Both the position numbers and the translations under genes were made by a program. A stretch of 64,000 nucleotides of DNA from Terriglobia bacterium (GTDB lineage Bacteria > Acidobacteriota > Terriglobia > JAJPHL01 > JAPKYU01): positions 420,820 to 484,819 of the forward strand of contig CBDCVK010000010.1 in NCBI GenBank assembly GCA_965223005.1, given 5' to 3'. The notes beneath the pieces are model-generated. The model saw only the letters and a program-made list of their open reading frames with translations. It did no database searches and was not told the origin of the DNA. Positions 46,273 to 58,605 of this stretch are shown here, piece after piece (position 1 is the stretch's first letter; each line of letters opens with the position of its first letter).

Positions 46273-47883
46273 ATGAAACGGAACTTGGTTTACAGGACCC
46301 TCCTCATCGCAGCTGTGGTCCTGGCTTGCGTCGGGGGCATCTTCGGCCTGCCGAACAGTTGGGAGAAGGCCAAGGCGAATGCCGCCCAGCGAATCCGCCT
46401 GGGGCTGGACCTGAAAGGGGGCACGCACCTGATCCTCCAGGTACACGTGGAGGACGCGGTGAAGGCCGAAACAGATCAGACCGTGGACCGGCTCAAGGAA
46501 TTGCTGCGGCGGGGGGAAATCCGCTACGACGAAATTCACCACCCAGAAGGCACGACCCAGATCCTGGTGCGGGGCGTTCCTTCCGAACAAAGCAGAGAGT
46601 TTCGCGGTCTGCTGAACGACGAGCGGTTCAGTACGATCTGGGACTACGCTTCTGGCGCCAATAGCGAGTGGAGCCTGCGCATGAAGCAAAGCGCGGTGCG
46701 CTCTATCCAGGATGATGCTGTGAAGCAGTCGGTGGAAACCATCCGTCGCCGTGTGGACGGGAAGGGCCTAAAGGAACCGGGCATCCAGCAGCATGGCCGA
46801 GGCGAGCACGAGATCCTAGTGCAGTTGCCCGGCGTGGATGATCCGGCCGAAGTGAAGGAGCTCATGCAGGAAACGGGGATGCTGGAGATCAAAGAAGTCA
46901 AGGACCAGCAAGCCTACTCCTCGCCGGAGAGAGCCCGGGCCGCCAAAGGCGGAGTGCTTCCGGGAGGATCCATCATCTTGAGGTCGGTGGAACGGAATGG
47001 GGCAGGTGCCGATAGCGGCGACCAGTGGTATATCGTGAGCCGGACCTCGATCATTACGGGCCGCGACCTACGCACCGCCCAGGTGGGCCGCGACGACTTT
47101 GGGCAACCGACGGTGAACTTCAGCATCAAGTCCGAAGGCGCACAACGCTTTGGGAGCTATACGGAGGCGAACGTCGGAAACTACATGGCCGTGGTCCTGG
47201 ACAACAAGATCTACAGCGTAGCCGAGATTAAGGATCGGATTGCTGACCAGGGGCAAATCACTGGCGGCTTTAACCTCGACCGAGCGCGCATTCTGGCCGA
47301 AGTGCTGAAGAGCGGGGCGCTGCCGGCCAGGATCAGCTACCTGGAAGAGCGCACGGTTGGGGCCTCCCTGGGGGCCGATTCCATCCGAAAAGGTTTCTTC
47401 TCGGCCCTGGTGGGCCTGGCGGCGATCGCGTTCTTGATGCTGCTTTACTATAAGTGGTCCGGGGTGAATGCCGTGGTGGCCCTGGCCCTGAACCTGCTCT
47501 TGGTGCTTGCCGCCCTGGCCTACTTTGGCGCCGTGCTCACACTGCCAGGAATCGCCGGATTAGTTCTGTTGATCGGCATGGCAGTGGATTCTAATGTCTT
47601 GATTTTCGAGCGCATACGAGAGGAACTGAGGGCCGGCAAGAATGTCCCGGCAGCGATCACGACCGGATTTGAGAAGGCTTTTCTTACGATCATTGACACC
47701 CACGTGACCACGGTGGTGGCCTGCGTATTTCTTGGCCTGCTCGGGAGTGGGCCAGTCCGTGGGTTTGCTGTGACTCTGGTCATAGGACTCATGGCCAACG
47801 TGTTCACGGCCGTTTTCGTTTCCCGGACTATCTTCCTGTGGGGAGTGCATCGGGCCCGAGGGCAGCCAACTATCAGTATCTAG
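46273..47883 (+). CDS. secD: protein translocase subunit SecD
   Basis: Conserved tgt-yajC-secD-secF order, a periplasmic domain, and C-terminal six-TM SecD motifs. Confidence 0.9.
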   Translation: MKRNLVYRTLLIAAVVLACVGGIFGLPNSWEKAKANAAQRIRLGLDLKGGTHLILQVHVEDAVKAETDQTVDRLKELLRRGEIRYDEIHHPEGTTQILVRGVPSEQSREFRGLLNDERFSTIWDYASGANSEWSLRMKQSAVRSIQDDAVKQSVETIRRRVDGKGLKEPGIQQHGRGEHEILVQLPGVDDPAEVKELMQETGMLEIKEVKDQQAYSSPERARAAKGGVLPGGSIILRSVERNGAGADSGDQWYIVSRTSIITGRDLRTAQVGRDDFGQPTVNFSIKSEGAQRFGSYTEANVGNYMAVVLDNKIYSVAEIKDRIADQGQITGGFNLDRARILAEVLKSGALPARISYLEERTVGASLGADSIRKGFFSALVGLAAIAFLMLLYYKWSGVNAVVALALNLLLVLAALAYFGAVLTLPGIAGLVLLIGMAVDSNVLIFERIREELRAGKNVPAAITTGFEKAFLTIIDTHVTTVVACVFLGLLGSGPVRGFAVTLVIGLMANVFTAVFVSRTIFLWGVHRARGQPTISI

Positions 47884-48035
47884 GGCAATATCTCAGGTAG
47901 CTTTGTGGAAGAACCTGCCCCTGGACAAATCCGCGGGTTTGGGAACATAATCAGGATCGCTGGTGTCTAGACTAAGTAGGGAGCGTGTGTTGGGAGGGTG
48001 AGCTGGGGGATCTGGGTAAAGGATCCTGGACGTAG

Positions 48036-49289
48036 ATGGAGCTTCTTCGGAACGCCAACTATAACTTCCTTGGCCGGAAGTGGGCTTTTGTTGCCGTGTC
48101 GCTTCTGCTAAGCCTGGGGGGACTTGCCTCCTTGTTGGTAAAGGGCGGTCCGCGGTACGGCATCGATTTCCGCGGCGGCACCCTCGTGTACGTGAAGTTC
48201 CAGCAGCCGCCGTCTCTGGACCATCTCCGCAATTCGCTGAAAAAAAAGGGTTTGGGGGAGAGCACTATCCAACGCTATGGCCAGGCGCGGGAGAACGAGG
48301 TCATCATTGGCCTGGAGCAGAAAGAGGGCTTGGAGAAGAAAGAGCAGACTGGCGCGTCGCTAGATTCGGGCACGGACAATCCCCTGGAAAAGATGCGCGC
48401 AACCGTACTGGAGACCTTGCGCGAGACCTTCGCGGGCGATCAGGGACAGAAGGCCGACCTGAATAACATCGGACGGGATACTCTGCTCAACCATTTGGTA
48501 GCGTTGGGACTGGGGGATCAGGAGGCGGCCAGCCTTGCGGATGGTATCCTCGACCGCCGGACAAGAAGGTCCGGATTGCTCGCTGGTGTCTCCGATTTGC
48601 GCGGCCTGCCCGGCCTGACGCCCCAGTTGGAGCAGACCATGACCCGCGAGTTCCTCTTTGCTCCCTATGCCGTCCGCAACGCCGAGTTTGTCGGCCCCAA
48701 GGTAGGCGCCACGCTTAGCCGTCAGGCCCTGTACGCCACCTTGTACGCGCTGACAGGCATGCTGATTTATATTGCTTTTCGATTTGAGTTTGTGTATGGA
48801 GTGGCAGCAGTTATCGCTACATTGCACGATGTAATTATTACCATCGGGTTTCTCTCGTTGTTCAACATCGAGGTCAGCCTGACGGTGGTGGCGGCGCTAT
48901 TGACCCTGGTTGGCTTCTCCGTGAACGATTCGATCGTGGTTTTTGACCGGATCCGGGAAAACCTGAAGCTGATGCGGCGCGAGGGACTTGCCCAGGTCGT
49001 CAACCGGAGCATCAACCAAACCCTAAGCCGGACCATCTTGACCTCCGGTTTAACTTTTATTACAGTGCTTTCCTTGTTCTTGTTCGGCGGGGCCGTGTTG
49101 CATGGCTTCGCGTTCGTACTGGTCGTAGGCGTCTTAGTTGGGACCTACTCTTCCATTGGCATCGCCGCACCGATCGTGGTGGTCTGGCAGCAATGGCACG
49201 AGAGCCGCGGCGGCAGCGGCAGAGTAGTTACTTTGGAGAAGGCTCGGACCCGCGCAAAACCCAGAGTGAGCGCGGGCGTTAGAGCATAG
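48036..49289 (+). CDS. secF: protein translocase subunit SecF
   Basis: SecF TM core (FLSLFNIEVSLTVVAALLTLVGFSVNDSIVVFDRIREN). Confidence 0.9.
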   Translation: MELLRNANYNFLGRKWAFVAVSLLLSLGGLASLLVKGGPRYGIDFRGGTLVYVKFQQPPSLDHLRNSLKKKGLGESTIQRYGQARENEVIIGLEQKEGLEKKEQTGASLDSGTDNPLEKMRATVLETLRETFAGDQGQKADLNNIGRDTLLNHLVALGLGDQEAASLADGILDRRTRRSGLLAGVSDLRGLPGLTPQLEQTMTREFLFAPYAVRNAEFVGPKVGATLSRQALYATLYALTGMLIYIAFRFEFVYGVAAVIATLHDVIITIGFLSLFNIEVSLTVVAALLTLVGFSVNDSIVVFDRIRENLKLMRREGLAQVVNRSINQTLSRTILTSGLTFITVLSLFLFGGAVLHGFAFVLVVGVLVGTYSSIGIAAPIVVVWQQWHESRGGSGRVVTLEKARTRAKPRVSAGVRA

Positions 49290-49324
49290 GTTTCGTCGTG
49301 GCGCGAAACCGGGGGGCGTAAGAC

Positions 49325-50068
49325 ATGTTTGAGCAAAGTTTGTTGGAGTTGGCGGAGATGGGCAAGACCAAGAAGCCTTACACCGTGCTGATCTCCACGA
49401 TCTGCCAGTGTTTTCTCGTCGGGATTCTGATCCTGATCCCGTTGATTTACACGGAGGCTCTGCCCGGTGGGGAACTGATGACGTTTCTGGTGGCGCCACC
49501 GCCACCACCACCGCCTGTTGCTGACATCGCAGAGATTGTGAAGAAGATAATTCCGAAGGAATTTGATGCCGGACGCCTGCTCGCTCCCAAGGAGATTCCC
49601 GAGGAAATCGCGATCATCAAGGAAGAAGAGTTGCCTCCTCCCTCGGCCGCCGTGGCTGGCGTCGTTGGAGGTGTCCCTGGCGGTATCCCTGGTGGCACGC
49701 CGGGCGGGGTCATCGGCGGTATCATTAGCTCCACGCCCCTCGTGGCGCCGCCTCCCCCACCACCCAAGCCAGTAACCCCGAAGCGCATTCGCGTGGGCGG
49801 AAGTGTGCAAAAAGCCCGGTTGATCAACCAGCCTAGGCCACGCTATCCGCCTTTGGCGAAGCAGGCGCGCATCCAGGGGACCGTGCAACTGGAGGCAGTC
49901 ATCGCCAAGGACGGCACCATCCAGCAGCTGCGGGTGGTCAAAGGCCACCCCCTGCTGGTTCAGTCGGCACTCAATGCCGTGCGGCAGTGGCGCTACGCGG
50001 CGACCGTTTTGAATGGCCAACCGGTGGAAGTTGCCACCACCATTGATGTGATATTCACTCTGATGTAG
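49325..50068 (+). CDS. tonB: energy transducer TonB
   Basis: N-terminal TM anchor, a proline-rich spacer (PPPPPPPP), and a C-terminal TonB_C domain. Confidence 0.8.
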   Translation: MFEQSLLELAEMGKTKKPYTVLISTICQCFLVGILILIPLIYTEALPGGELMTFLVAPPPPPPPVADIAEIVKKIIPKEFDAGRLLAPKEIPEEIAIIKEEELPPPSAAVAGVVGGVPGGIPGGTPGGVIGGIISSTPLVAPPPPPPKPVTPKRIRVGGSVQKARLINQPRPRYPPLAKQARIQGTVQLEAVIAKDGTIQQLRVVKGHPLLVQSALNAVRQWRYAATVLNGQPVEVATTIDVIFTLM

Positions 50069-50179
50069 TGGCAGATTTGGCCGCAGGCGGAGGCAGTTGG
50101 CGATGTAGCCGCCCCGGCTCAGTTTTCGTTCCGTATTTTGAACATCGCACTCAACACCTGAAAGGGAGATAGAGAAACA

Positions 50180-50917
50180 ATGCTAACCGTTCATTTAAGT
50201 TCGTTGGCCCTGTGGCTGTTTCAGGGAGCCCCCATCGGATGGGACCTCATGTCGATGTGGAAACAGATGGGCTGGGGCGCCCGGGGGATCGGGATCGGGC
50301 TGTTCGTAATGTCCGCTTGGTCCATTGGCGTGATGATTGACCGATGGATCGCTTTTTCCGCGGCCCGGAAACAGTCCCGCCAGTTCGCACCGGCCGTGGC
50401 CGGGGCCTTGCGCGAAGGCAAGATTGACGAAGCCATCCACATTGCCGAGCGCCACAAGAAGAGTCACTTGGCCAAGGTGGTCACTGCCGGTCTGCAGGAA
50501 TTTCAGGCGCACCAGCTAAGTGCGGAAATTCCCGGTGAAGAGATCGAGGCTTCCAAGCGGGCACTGGACCGCGCCGGGGCCATTGTTCACGCCGAATTGA
50601 AACGCGGCCTGAGTGGCCTGGCTACGATCGGGTCGACCGCCCCCTTCGTGGGGCTCCTCGGCACCGTAGTGGGCATCATTAACGCGTTTCGCGGAATTTC
50701 CGCTGAAAAGTCCACCGGCTTGGCGGCGGTGGCGGGTGGAATTGCCGAGGCCCTGGTGCTCACCGCGCTCGGCTTGTTCGTAGCCATTCCGGCCGTGTGG
50801 ATGTACAACTACTTCACCACTAGGGTAGATGGCTTCGACGTGGAAATGGACAACAGCTCCAGTGAATTGATTGATTATTTCCTGAAGCGTTCGCAAGCCC
50901 GCGCGGCCCGGAAGTAG
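50180..50917 (+). CDS. exbB: MotA/TolQ/ExbB proton channel protein
   Basis: Three TM helices and APFVGLLGTVVGIINAF. Confidence 0.85.
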   Translation: MLTVHLSSLALWLFQGAPIGWDLMSMWKQMGWGARGIGIGLFVMSAWSIGVMIDRWIAFSAARKQSRQFAPAVAGALREGKIDEAIHIAERHKKSHLAKVVTAGLQEFQAHQLSAEIPGEEIEASKRALDRAGAIVHAELKRGLSGLATIGSTAPFVGLLGTVVGIINAFRGISAEKSTGLAAVAGGIAEALVLTALGLFVAIPAVWMYNYFTTRVDGFDVEMDNSSSELIDYFLKRSQARAARK

Positions 50918-50985
50918 TAGCCGGCCGGCGGCGGTATGCTGCAAAAGCGCGACAGAACCCGACACGGGACCAAGGAGACAGTGTC

Positions 50986-51429
50986 ATGGCACTGACCAAA
51001 CGCGTGAATGCGATGAATTCGGACATCAACGTCACCCCGATGGCGGACGTGATGTTGGTGCTTCTGATTATTTTCATGGTGATTACGCCGATGCTGCAGA
51101 AAGGCGTCAGCGTGGACCTGGCTAGGACCAAAAACCCGCATGCAATGAAGGCTGCTGACAGGGACGATGCGATCGTGGTGGCCATCACCCGGGATGGCGC
51201 CATCTTTCTGCAACACCCCACGGGAGCGACCAAGGTTCGGGCCGAGACCTTGACCCCCACGGTGAAGGACCTGGTTTCGAATCGTTTGGACAAAACGGTC
51301 TACATCAAGAGCGACGCCCGCGCCAAGTATAAGGATGTCGTGGACGTAGTAGACAATGTCCGGTCAGCCGGGGTCGACAAACTGGGTATGCTCACGGAAA
51401 AGATTGATACGATTCCTAGCGGCGGCTAG
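50986..51429 (+). CDS. exbD: biopolymer transporter ExbD/TolR (copy 1)
   Basis: INVTPMADVMLVLLIIFMV N-terminal TM and ExbD fold. Confidence 0.85.
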   Translation: MALTKRVNAMNSDINVTPMADVMLVLLIIFMVITPMLQKGVSVDLARTKNPHAMKAADRDDAIVVAITRDGAIFLQHPTGATKVRAETLTPTVKDLVSNRLDKTVYIKSDARAKYKDVVDVVDNVRSAGVDKLGMLTEKIDTIPSGG

Positions 51430-51512
51430 TCGCCGTCGCTCGAGGATTTGCCCCTTGCTCTAGCCAGCAAGGGGGTCAGCCCGGATTTTAGGCTGGAGGA
51501 GGAAGAATCGTT

Positions 51513-51941
51513 ATGGCAATGGCGGTAGGCGAAAAAAAAGGAAACTTGTCCGACATCAACATCACACCGTTGATTGACGTTCTGCTGGTGCTGATTATCA
51601 TCTTCATGGTAATCACCCCGCTGACACCCAAGGGGCTGGATGCGCTAGTGCCCCAGCCTAACCCGAATCCCACAGCTCCGCCACCCGACCAGGTGTCCCG
51701 TACCATTGTGATCCAGATCGACGCCAACAAGCAGTTGAGGATCAATCAGGAGGTGGTTAGCGAGAGGACTCTAGGGCCGCGCCTGGAAGACATCTTCAAG
51801 ACCCGGGCCGAGCGCGTGGCGTTCGTCAAGGGCGATCCCAGCCTGGAGTGGCTCGAGGTCGCTCGTGTCATTGACATTGCCACAGGCGCTGGCATTGACA
51901 AGGTTGGTCTGATCACGGCGAAGATCGAGGCAGGCGAATAG
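51513..51941 (+). CDS. exbD: biopolymer transporter ExbD/TolR (copy 2)
   Basis: INITPLIDVLLVLIIIFMV N-terminal TM. Confidence 0.85.
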   Translation: MAMAVGEKKGNLSDINITPLIDVLLVLIIIFMVITPLTPKGLDALVPQPNPNPTAPPPDQVSRTIVIQIDANKQLRINQEVVSERTLGPRLEDIFKTRAERVAFVKGDPSLEWLEVARVIDIATGAGIDKVGLITAKIEAGE

Positions 51942-52014
51942 CGAGTGACGGACGGCAGGAAACATTCCTGGGGCGGAAGCCTCCGACCCGGGAGAAGGTA
52001 GAAAGGGAGGAAAG

Positions 52015-52800
52015 ATGCGCCATCCTACCAAACTCAGCGCGTTGGCTGCGGTCCTGTTGGCGGCGCTGGTGGCCACTGGTTGTCAGCAGCTCAAGGCGCG
52101 CGACCAGCTCAACAAGGGTGTCCGGTCCTACAGGAGCGCGCGGTACCAAGAAGCCATCGAGCATTTCAAACGGGCGACCGAGCTGGACCCGAGTCTGCTC
52201 AATGCGCGGATCTATCTGGCGACCGCTTACGCCAACCAATTCATGCCTGGGGTGGACTCGGAAGAGAACATGCGGAACGGCGAGCAGGCGATCGTCGAAT
52301 ACCAGAGGGTGCTGAAGGTCGACCCCCAGAACGTCAACAGCGTGGCCGGAATTGCCAACATCTATCTCAACATGAAGAGGATGGAGCAAGCCAAAGAGTG
52401 GTATCAGAAGCAAATCCAGATTAATCCTTCCGACCCGCAACCCTACTACTCGGTAGGCGTGATTGACTGGACCCAGACCTACCAGCCTCGCATGGAAGTG
52501 AAGGCGGCGTTGGGAATTGGGCCCGACGAGCCCATCAAGGACCGCGAGGTCCGCGAGGACCTGTGCGAAAACAATATGCCGCTCATTGAGGAAGCCTTCA
52601 CCATGTTGAACAAGGCCGTCGAGCTACGCCCCGACTATGACGACGCCATGGCCTACATCAACCTGATGTACCGCGAACAGGCCGACTGCCAGGCTTCTGA
52701 GGAAGCCCGCGCGGAAGACCTGAAGAAGGCTGACGAGTGGATCCAGAAGACGCTGGAAGTCAAGAAACAGAGAGCCGAGAAGACCGCCACGGGACAATAA
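52015..52800 (+). CDS. tetratricopeptide-repeat lipoprotein
   Basis: Lipoprotein signal (LVATGC) and TPR-like helical repeats. Last gene of the Ton operon. Confidence 0.65.
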   Translation: MRHPTKLSALAAVLLAALVATGCQQLKARDQLNKGVRSYRSARYQEAIEHFKRATELDPSLLNARIYLATAYANQFMPGVDSEENMRNGEQAIVEYQRVLKVDPQNVNSVAGIANIYLNMKRMEQAKEWYQKQIQINPSDPQPYYSVGVIDWTQTYQPRMEVKAALGIGPDEPIKDREVREDLCENNMPLIEEAFTMLNKAVELRPDYDDAMAYINLMYREQADCQASEEARAEDLKKADEWIQKTLEVKKQRAEKTATGQ

Positions 52801-52899
52801 GCACGCTGTTTCTTCTATAATTAGCCTTGCATCGGGTTTCCCGCGAGCAAGGCTATTGTTTTCTTCTTTCTCTGTAGTGGTTCGGAGCTGCGCCGCTTT

Positions 52900-55149
52900 A
52901 TGGAAAGCCCGGCCAAATCTTCGCAAACACTCCCGGAAAACGTTTCGCCGCTGGCGCGCTTCGAGGAGTTGCGGAAGCTGGTCCTGCAAAACCGTCCCCA
53001 GGACGATCTGGACCCGCTGCGGCGCGCTTATGACTTTTCGGCGCAGCACCACATGCGCCAGGTGCGGATGTCGGGAGAGCCCTACCTATCCCATCCACTG
53101 GAAGTCGCGTACCTGCTTGCAGAGATGAAACTGGACGTGGTCTGCGTCGCCACCGGACTGCTGCACGACATCCTGGAGGACACCGACGTGACCCCGGGGG
53201 AGCTGAGCGGGCAGTTTGGCCCGGAAGTCACACACCTGGTGGAGGGACTGACGAAGATCAGCCGGCTGGAGTTTTTTACCGCCGAGGTGCAGCAAGCCGA
53301 AAACGTGCGCAAGATGCTGCTGGCTATGGTGGATGACATCCGGGTGATCCTGATCAAATTGGCCGACAGGCTGCACAATATGCGAACCTTGCAGTACCTC
53401 CCCCCGGACCGCCAGCAGGCCATTGCCCGCGAAACCATGGAGATTTATTCCCCGCTGGCGCACCGCCTGGGAATGAGCAAGGTGCGCGGCGAACTGGAGG
53501 ACCTGGCCTTCAGTTATCTGGAACCGGCGGCCTCTCAGGAAATCCGGCAATCACTGGATTCCAAGCGTCGCGTCAATGAAGCCTTTCTCCATCAAGTGAC
53601 CGTCACCCTGGAAGGCAAGATGAAGGAGCACGGCATTCCGGCGGTGGTGGAAGGGCGCATCAAGCGGATTTACAGCATCCATCAAAAACTGCGTCGGCAG
53701 CACATCAGCCTGGATCAGGTGTATGACCTGACGGCCGTGCGTCTTCTCACCGAGTCGGTCAAGGACTGTTACGGCGCCCTCGGCGTCATTCACAACCTGT
53801 GGCGGCCGGTGCCGGGGCGAATCAAGGACTTCATTGCCATGCCTCGGCAGAACCTGTACCAATCACTACACACCTCGGTGATCACGGAAACCGGCCAGAC
53901 CTTCGAGGTGCAGATCCGCACCCACGAGATGCACCGGGGCGCCGAACTGGGGATTGCCGCCCACTGGAAGTACAAGGAGGGGAAAGTCTCCCCCGGCAAG
54001 GATACCCAGACGGCGCACGGCGGCGGGAGCGAGGACCAGCGCGTCGCCTGGCTCCGCCAGTTGGTGGAGTGGGCTCGCGAGATGCAGGATCCCAGAGAAT
54101 TTCTCTCTACGCTGAAAATTGATCTGTACCCGGAAGAGGTTTACACCTTTACACCGCGCGGCAAGGTGGTCACTCTGCCCCGCGAGGCGACCCCGCTGGA
54201 TTTCGCCTACACGATCCACACCGAGGTCGGCCACTCCTGCATCGGAGCTAAGGTCAACGGGCGCATCGTCCCGCTCCGCTACAAATTGCACAACGGTGAT
54301 ATTGTAGAAATTCTCACCCAACAGGGGCGCACTCCCAGCCGCGACTGGCTGAGCTTTGTCAAAACCTCCAAGGCCCGCAACAAGATCCGCCACTGGTTGA
54401 ACATCATCCAGCGCGAGCGGGCCATTGAAATCGGCAAGCGCCTGCTAGAAAAAGAATCCCGCAAGTACGAGGTAAGCCTTAAGAAGGTCAGTGAAGAAAC
54501 CTACCAGAAGGTCGCGCAGGAGTATGGCTACAACAAGGCGGACGATCTGGTGGCCGCAATCGGCTTTGGCAAATACTCAGCCCGCCAAGTACTGGCCAAG
54601 CTGGCCCCCGAGCCCTTACAAGAGCGGTCGCTGGAAGAGATGGGCCGACCGCCGACTGTCAGGAAAGCGCCAGCAGCAGTCAGTTCCGAAGCAGAACCCA
54701 TTGTCGTCCGCGGGGCCGAGGACCTGTTGGTGTATCGGGCCAAGTGTTGCAATCCCATCCTGGGCGAAGAGATTGTAGGGTACGTCACCCGCGGCAAGGG
54801 CATTGCCGTGCATTCCAAGGCCTGTTCCAATGTGGCCAACCTGTTCTACGAACGGGAGCGTCAGATCGAAGTGGAATGGGCTGGTGACGCCCATCTCGCC
54901 GCCGCGTATCCTGTCAAGCTGATGATCTACGTGAAAGACCGTCCGGGCATGGTGCGGGACCTGACCTCGGTGATCGCCGAGGATAATACCAATATCCGGG
55001 ATATTGGGGCGAAAGGTCACCCGGCCGAGGGTCAGGCCACCATTGACGTTACGATTGAGGTCGTCGACACCAGGCACCTGGATCGGATTGTGGGAGCTAT
55101 CCGCCGCGTGAGCGGTGTCCATGAAATCGAACGTGTCCTGAGAATGTGA
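52900..55149 (+). CDS. rel: bifunctional (p)ppGpp synthetase/hydrolase Rel/SpoT
   Basis: HD domain (HPLEVA...HDILEDT), a RelA/SpoT synthetase domain, and TGS and ACT C-terminal domains. 749 aa. Confidence 0.9.
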   Translation: MESPAKSSQTLPENVSPLARFEELRKLVLQNRPQDDLDPLRRAYDFSAQHHMRQVRMSGEPYLSHPLEVAYLLAEMKLDVVCVATGLLHDILEDTDVTPGELSGQFGPEVTHLVEGLTKISRLEFFTAEVQQAENVRKMLLAMVDDIRVILIKLADRLHNMRTLQYLPPDRQQAIARETMEIYSPLAHRLGMSKVRGELEDLAFSYLEPAASQEIRQSLDSKRRVNEAFLHQVTVTLEGKMKEHGIPAVVEGRIKRIYSIHQKLRRQHISLDQVYDLTAVRLLTESVKDCYGALGVIHNLWRPVPGRIKDFIAMPRQNLYQSLHTSVITETGQTFEVQIRTHEMHRGAELGIAAHWKYKEGKVSPGKDTQTAHGGGSEDQRVAWLRQLVEWAREMQDPREFLSTLKIDLYPEEVYTFTPRGKVVTLPREATPLDFAYTIHTEVGHSCIGAKVNGRIVPLRYKLHNGDIVEILTQQGRTPSRDWLSFVKTSKARNKIRHWLNIIQRERAIEIGKRLLEKESRKYEVSLKKVSEETYQKVAQEYGYNKADDLVAAIGFGKYSARQVLAKLAPEPLQERSLEEMGRPPTVRKAPAAVSSEAEPIVVRGAEDLLVYRAKCCNPILGEEIVGYVTRGKGIAVHSKACSNVANLFYERERQIEVEWAGDAHLAAAYPVKLMIYVKDRPGMVRDLTSVIAEDNTNIRDIGAKGHPAEGQATIDVTIEVVDTRHLDRIVGAIRRVSGVHEIERVLRM

Positions 55150-55317
55150 GGAATGCAACCGGCAGGCCAGTGGCGGCCAATGGCCGGACGGTGACGGGCA
55201 CCATTTCTTCTTGGCAGACGCAACCCCCGCTTGTTAGCATTCATCGTCGTGCCCGCACCACAACTCCGGCCCGGACAGGGCGATCTCTCCGAGGAATTGC
55301 GACAACGGTTGCGATGC

Positions 55318-56070
55318 ATGGAACGTCGCGGCCCTTGGGAACTGGGCCTGGCGACCGCCTTGGGCGTGGCTCTGTTCGGCATGCTGATTTCCGTAGTGCT
55401 GGACCGCGGGCAACTGCAGCTGGAGTACATCCGAATCCCCAGCGCGATGTTCTTCGCCGCGCTAACCCTGCTGTTATTGCTGGCCTGGCTGGCCCAGGAT
55501 CTGACCAAGCGCGCCCAGATCGCTCAGCTCCAAATGATGGCGGAGATGCTGCAGCGCCACTTGCGCACCGAGCAGGCCCTTCGCGACCGGCTCACCGGCG
55601 TCTTCAACCGGGCTGCCCTGATGGAATCCGCCACCCATTACATGAATCGGGCGGAGCGCACAGGGGAACCGCTGGCACTGGTGGTCATGGATCTGGACCG
55701 CTTCCACGAGCTGAACAACAAGTTCGGGCATATCGCCGGCGATCTGGCCCTGGCCAGCTTTGCCCAGGTCCTGCAGGGTTCCACGCGCGGCTCCGACGTG
55801 ACGGCCCGGTACGGCGGCGACGAGTTTGTGTTGCTGCTGGCTGAGACGACACGCGCCGGCGCGGAGGTGGTGGCTCGCCGTGTGGAAGAACAACTGCGCG
55901 CACACAATGCTCAGGCCGACGAAGGCCGCATTCCGCTGAGCTTCAGCGCCGGAACGGCAGTCTTCCAGAAGGGAATGGACTTCGAGGCCCTGTTTCGCTT
56001 GGCCGACCTGGACTTGCTTCGCCGCAAAGCCGAGCGCCGCGGCGCGGAAGTACCAGCCGCCAGGGACTAA
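55318..56070 (+). CDS. membrane-anchored diguanylate cyclase (GGDEF domain)
   Basis: Two TM helices, then GGDEF (RYGGDEFVLLL) with an RxxD-like region. Start uncertain (TTG at 55231 or ATG at 55318). Confidence 0.7.
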   Translation: MERRGPWELGLATALGVALFGMLISVVLDRGQLQLEYIRIPSAMFFAALTLLLLLAWLAQDLTKRAQIAQLQMMAEMLQRHLRTEQALRDRLTGVFNRAALMESATHYMNRAERTGEPLALVVMDLDRFHELNNKFGHIAGDLALASFAQVLQGSTRGSDVTARYGGDEFVLLLAETTRAGAEVVARRVEEQLRAHNAQADEGRIPLSFSAGTAVFQKGMDFEALFRLADLDLLRRKAERRGAEVPAARD

Positions 56071-56079
56071 GGGTTAGGA

Positions 56080-56592
56080 TCAAGCCGGCTTTTTCCCCAC
56101 CAGCAGAGAGCGATTTTCCGGCAGGCGGTGCGCCTGGATCACGGCAAATCCGGCCGCCTCAAAACGTCCCGCCCATTCCTCCCCGCGTTCCTCCATAGTA
56201 GCCGGCTCAATGGAGGCATCGTCTGAGTGTGGATGCGGCTCGGCCATCAGGTAAAACAACCCCTCTGGCGTCAGCACCCGCAGCACATCGTGTAGGTCAA
56301 AGGGCCGGTCCATGGGGAAAGAGTGGCTGAGGGCTTTGGAAAAAAAATCCTGTTTCCAGGGAATTTCCGCAGCGCCGCCCGGCAGGAACATCACATTGTC
56401 CAGATTGCCGCCTCGGACGCGCGCCTTACGCACCCGATCCGGGGAAGAATCCATGGCCACCACCATGCCCTCGGGCGCCCGCGCCGCCAGGGCAACACTA
56501 AGCTCTCCCTGGCCACACTCCAGCTCCAGGATGCGGTCCCGAGGCTGAACCTGCATCAGGTTCAACAGGGCTTCTAGGAAGGATGGGGACAA
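56080..56592 (-). CDS. class I SAM-dependent methyltransferase
   Basis: ILELECGQG (motif I), VVAMDSS and VMFLPGG segments. About 170 aa. Confidence 0.7.
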   Translation of the reverse strand: MSPSFLEALLNLMQVQPRDRILELECGQGELSVALAARAPEGMVVAMDSSPDRVRKARVRGGNLDNVMFLPGGAAEIPWKQDFFSKALSHSFPMDRPFDLHDVLRVLTPEGLFYLMAEPHPHSDDASIEPATMEERGEEWAGRFEAAGFAVIQAHRLPENRSLLVGKKPA

Positions 56593-56617
56593 ACGATGGA
56601 CGCGCGGCCTCCTGGCG

Positions 56618-58523
<1,906 letters not shown>

Positions 58524-58605
58524 ACTGTGTGCGTCCCACACCCAGCATTTCCTATTATACAACCCCGTCTTCGAGAACCACGTCGGTTTCGGGTTGGTCT
58601 CGAGC

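Noticed and set aside
52900-56070. Clustering of three second-messenger enzymes (Rel/SpoT, GGDEF, and CdaA 7 kb away) as a signalling island
   Set aside because: The genes are on different transcription units and each lies in a conserved housekeeping context (cdaA-cdaR-glmM); the proximity is most likely coincidental.
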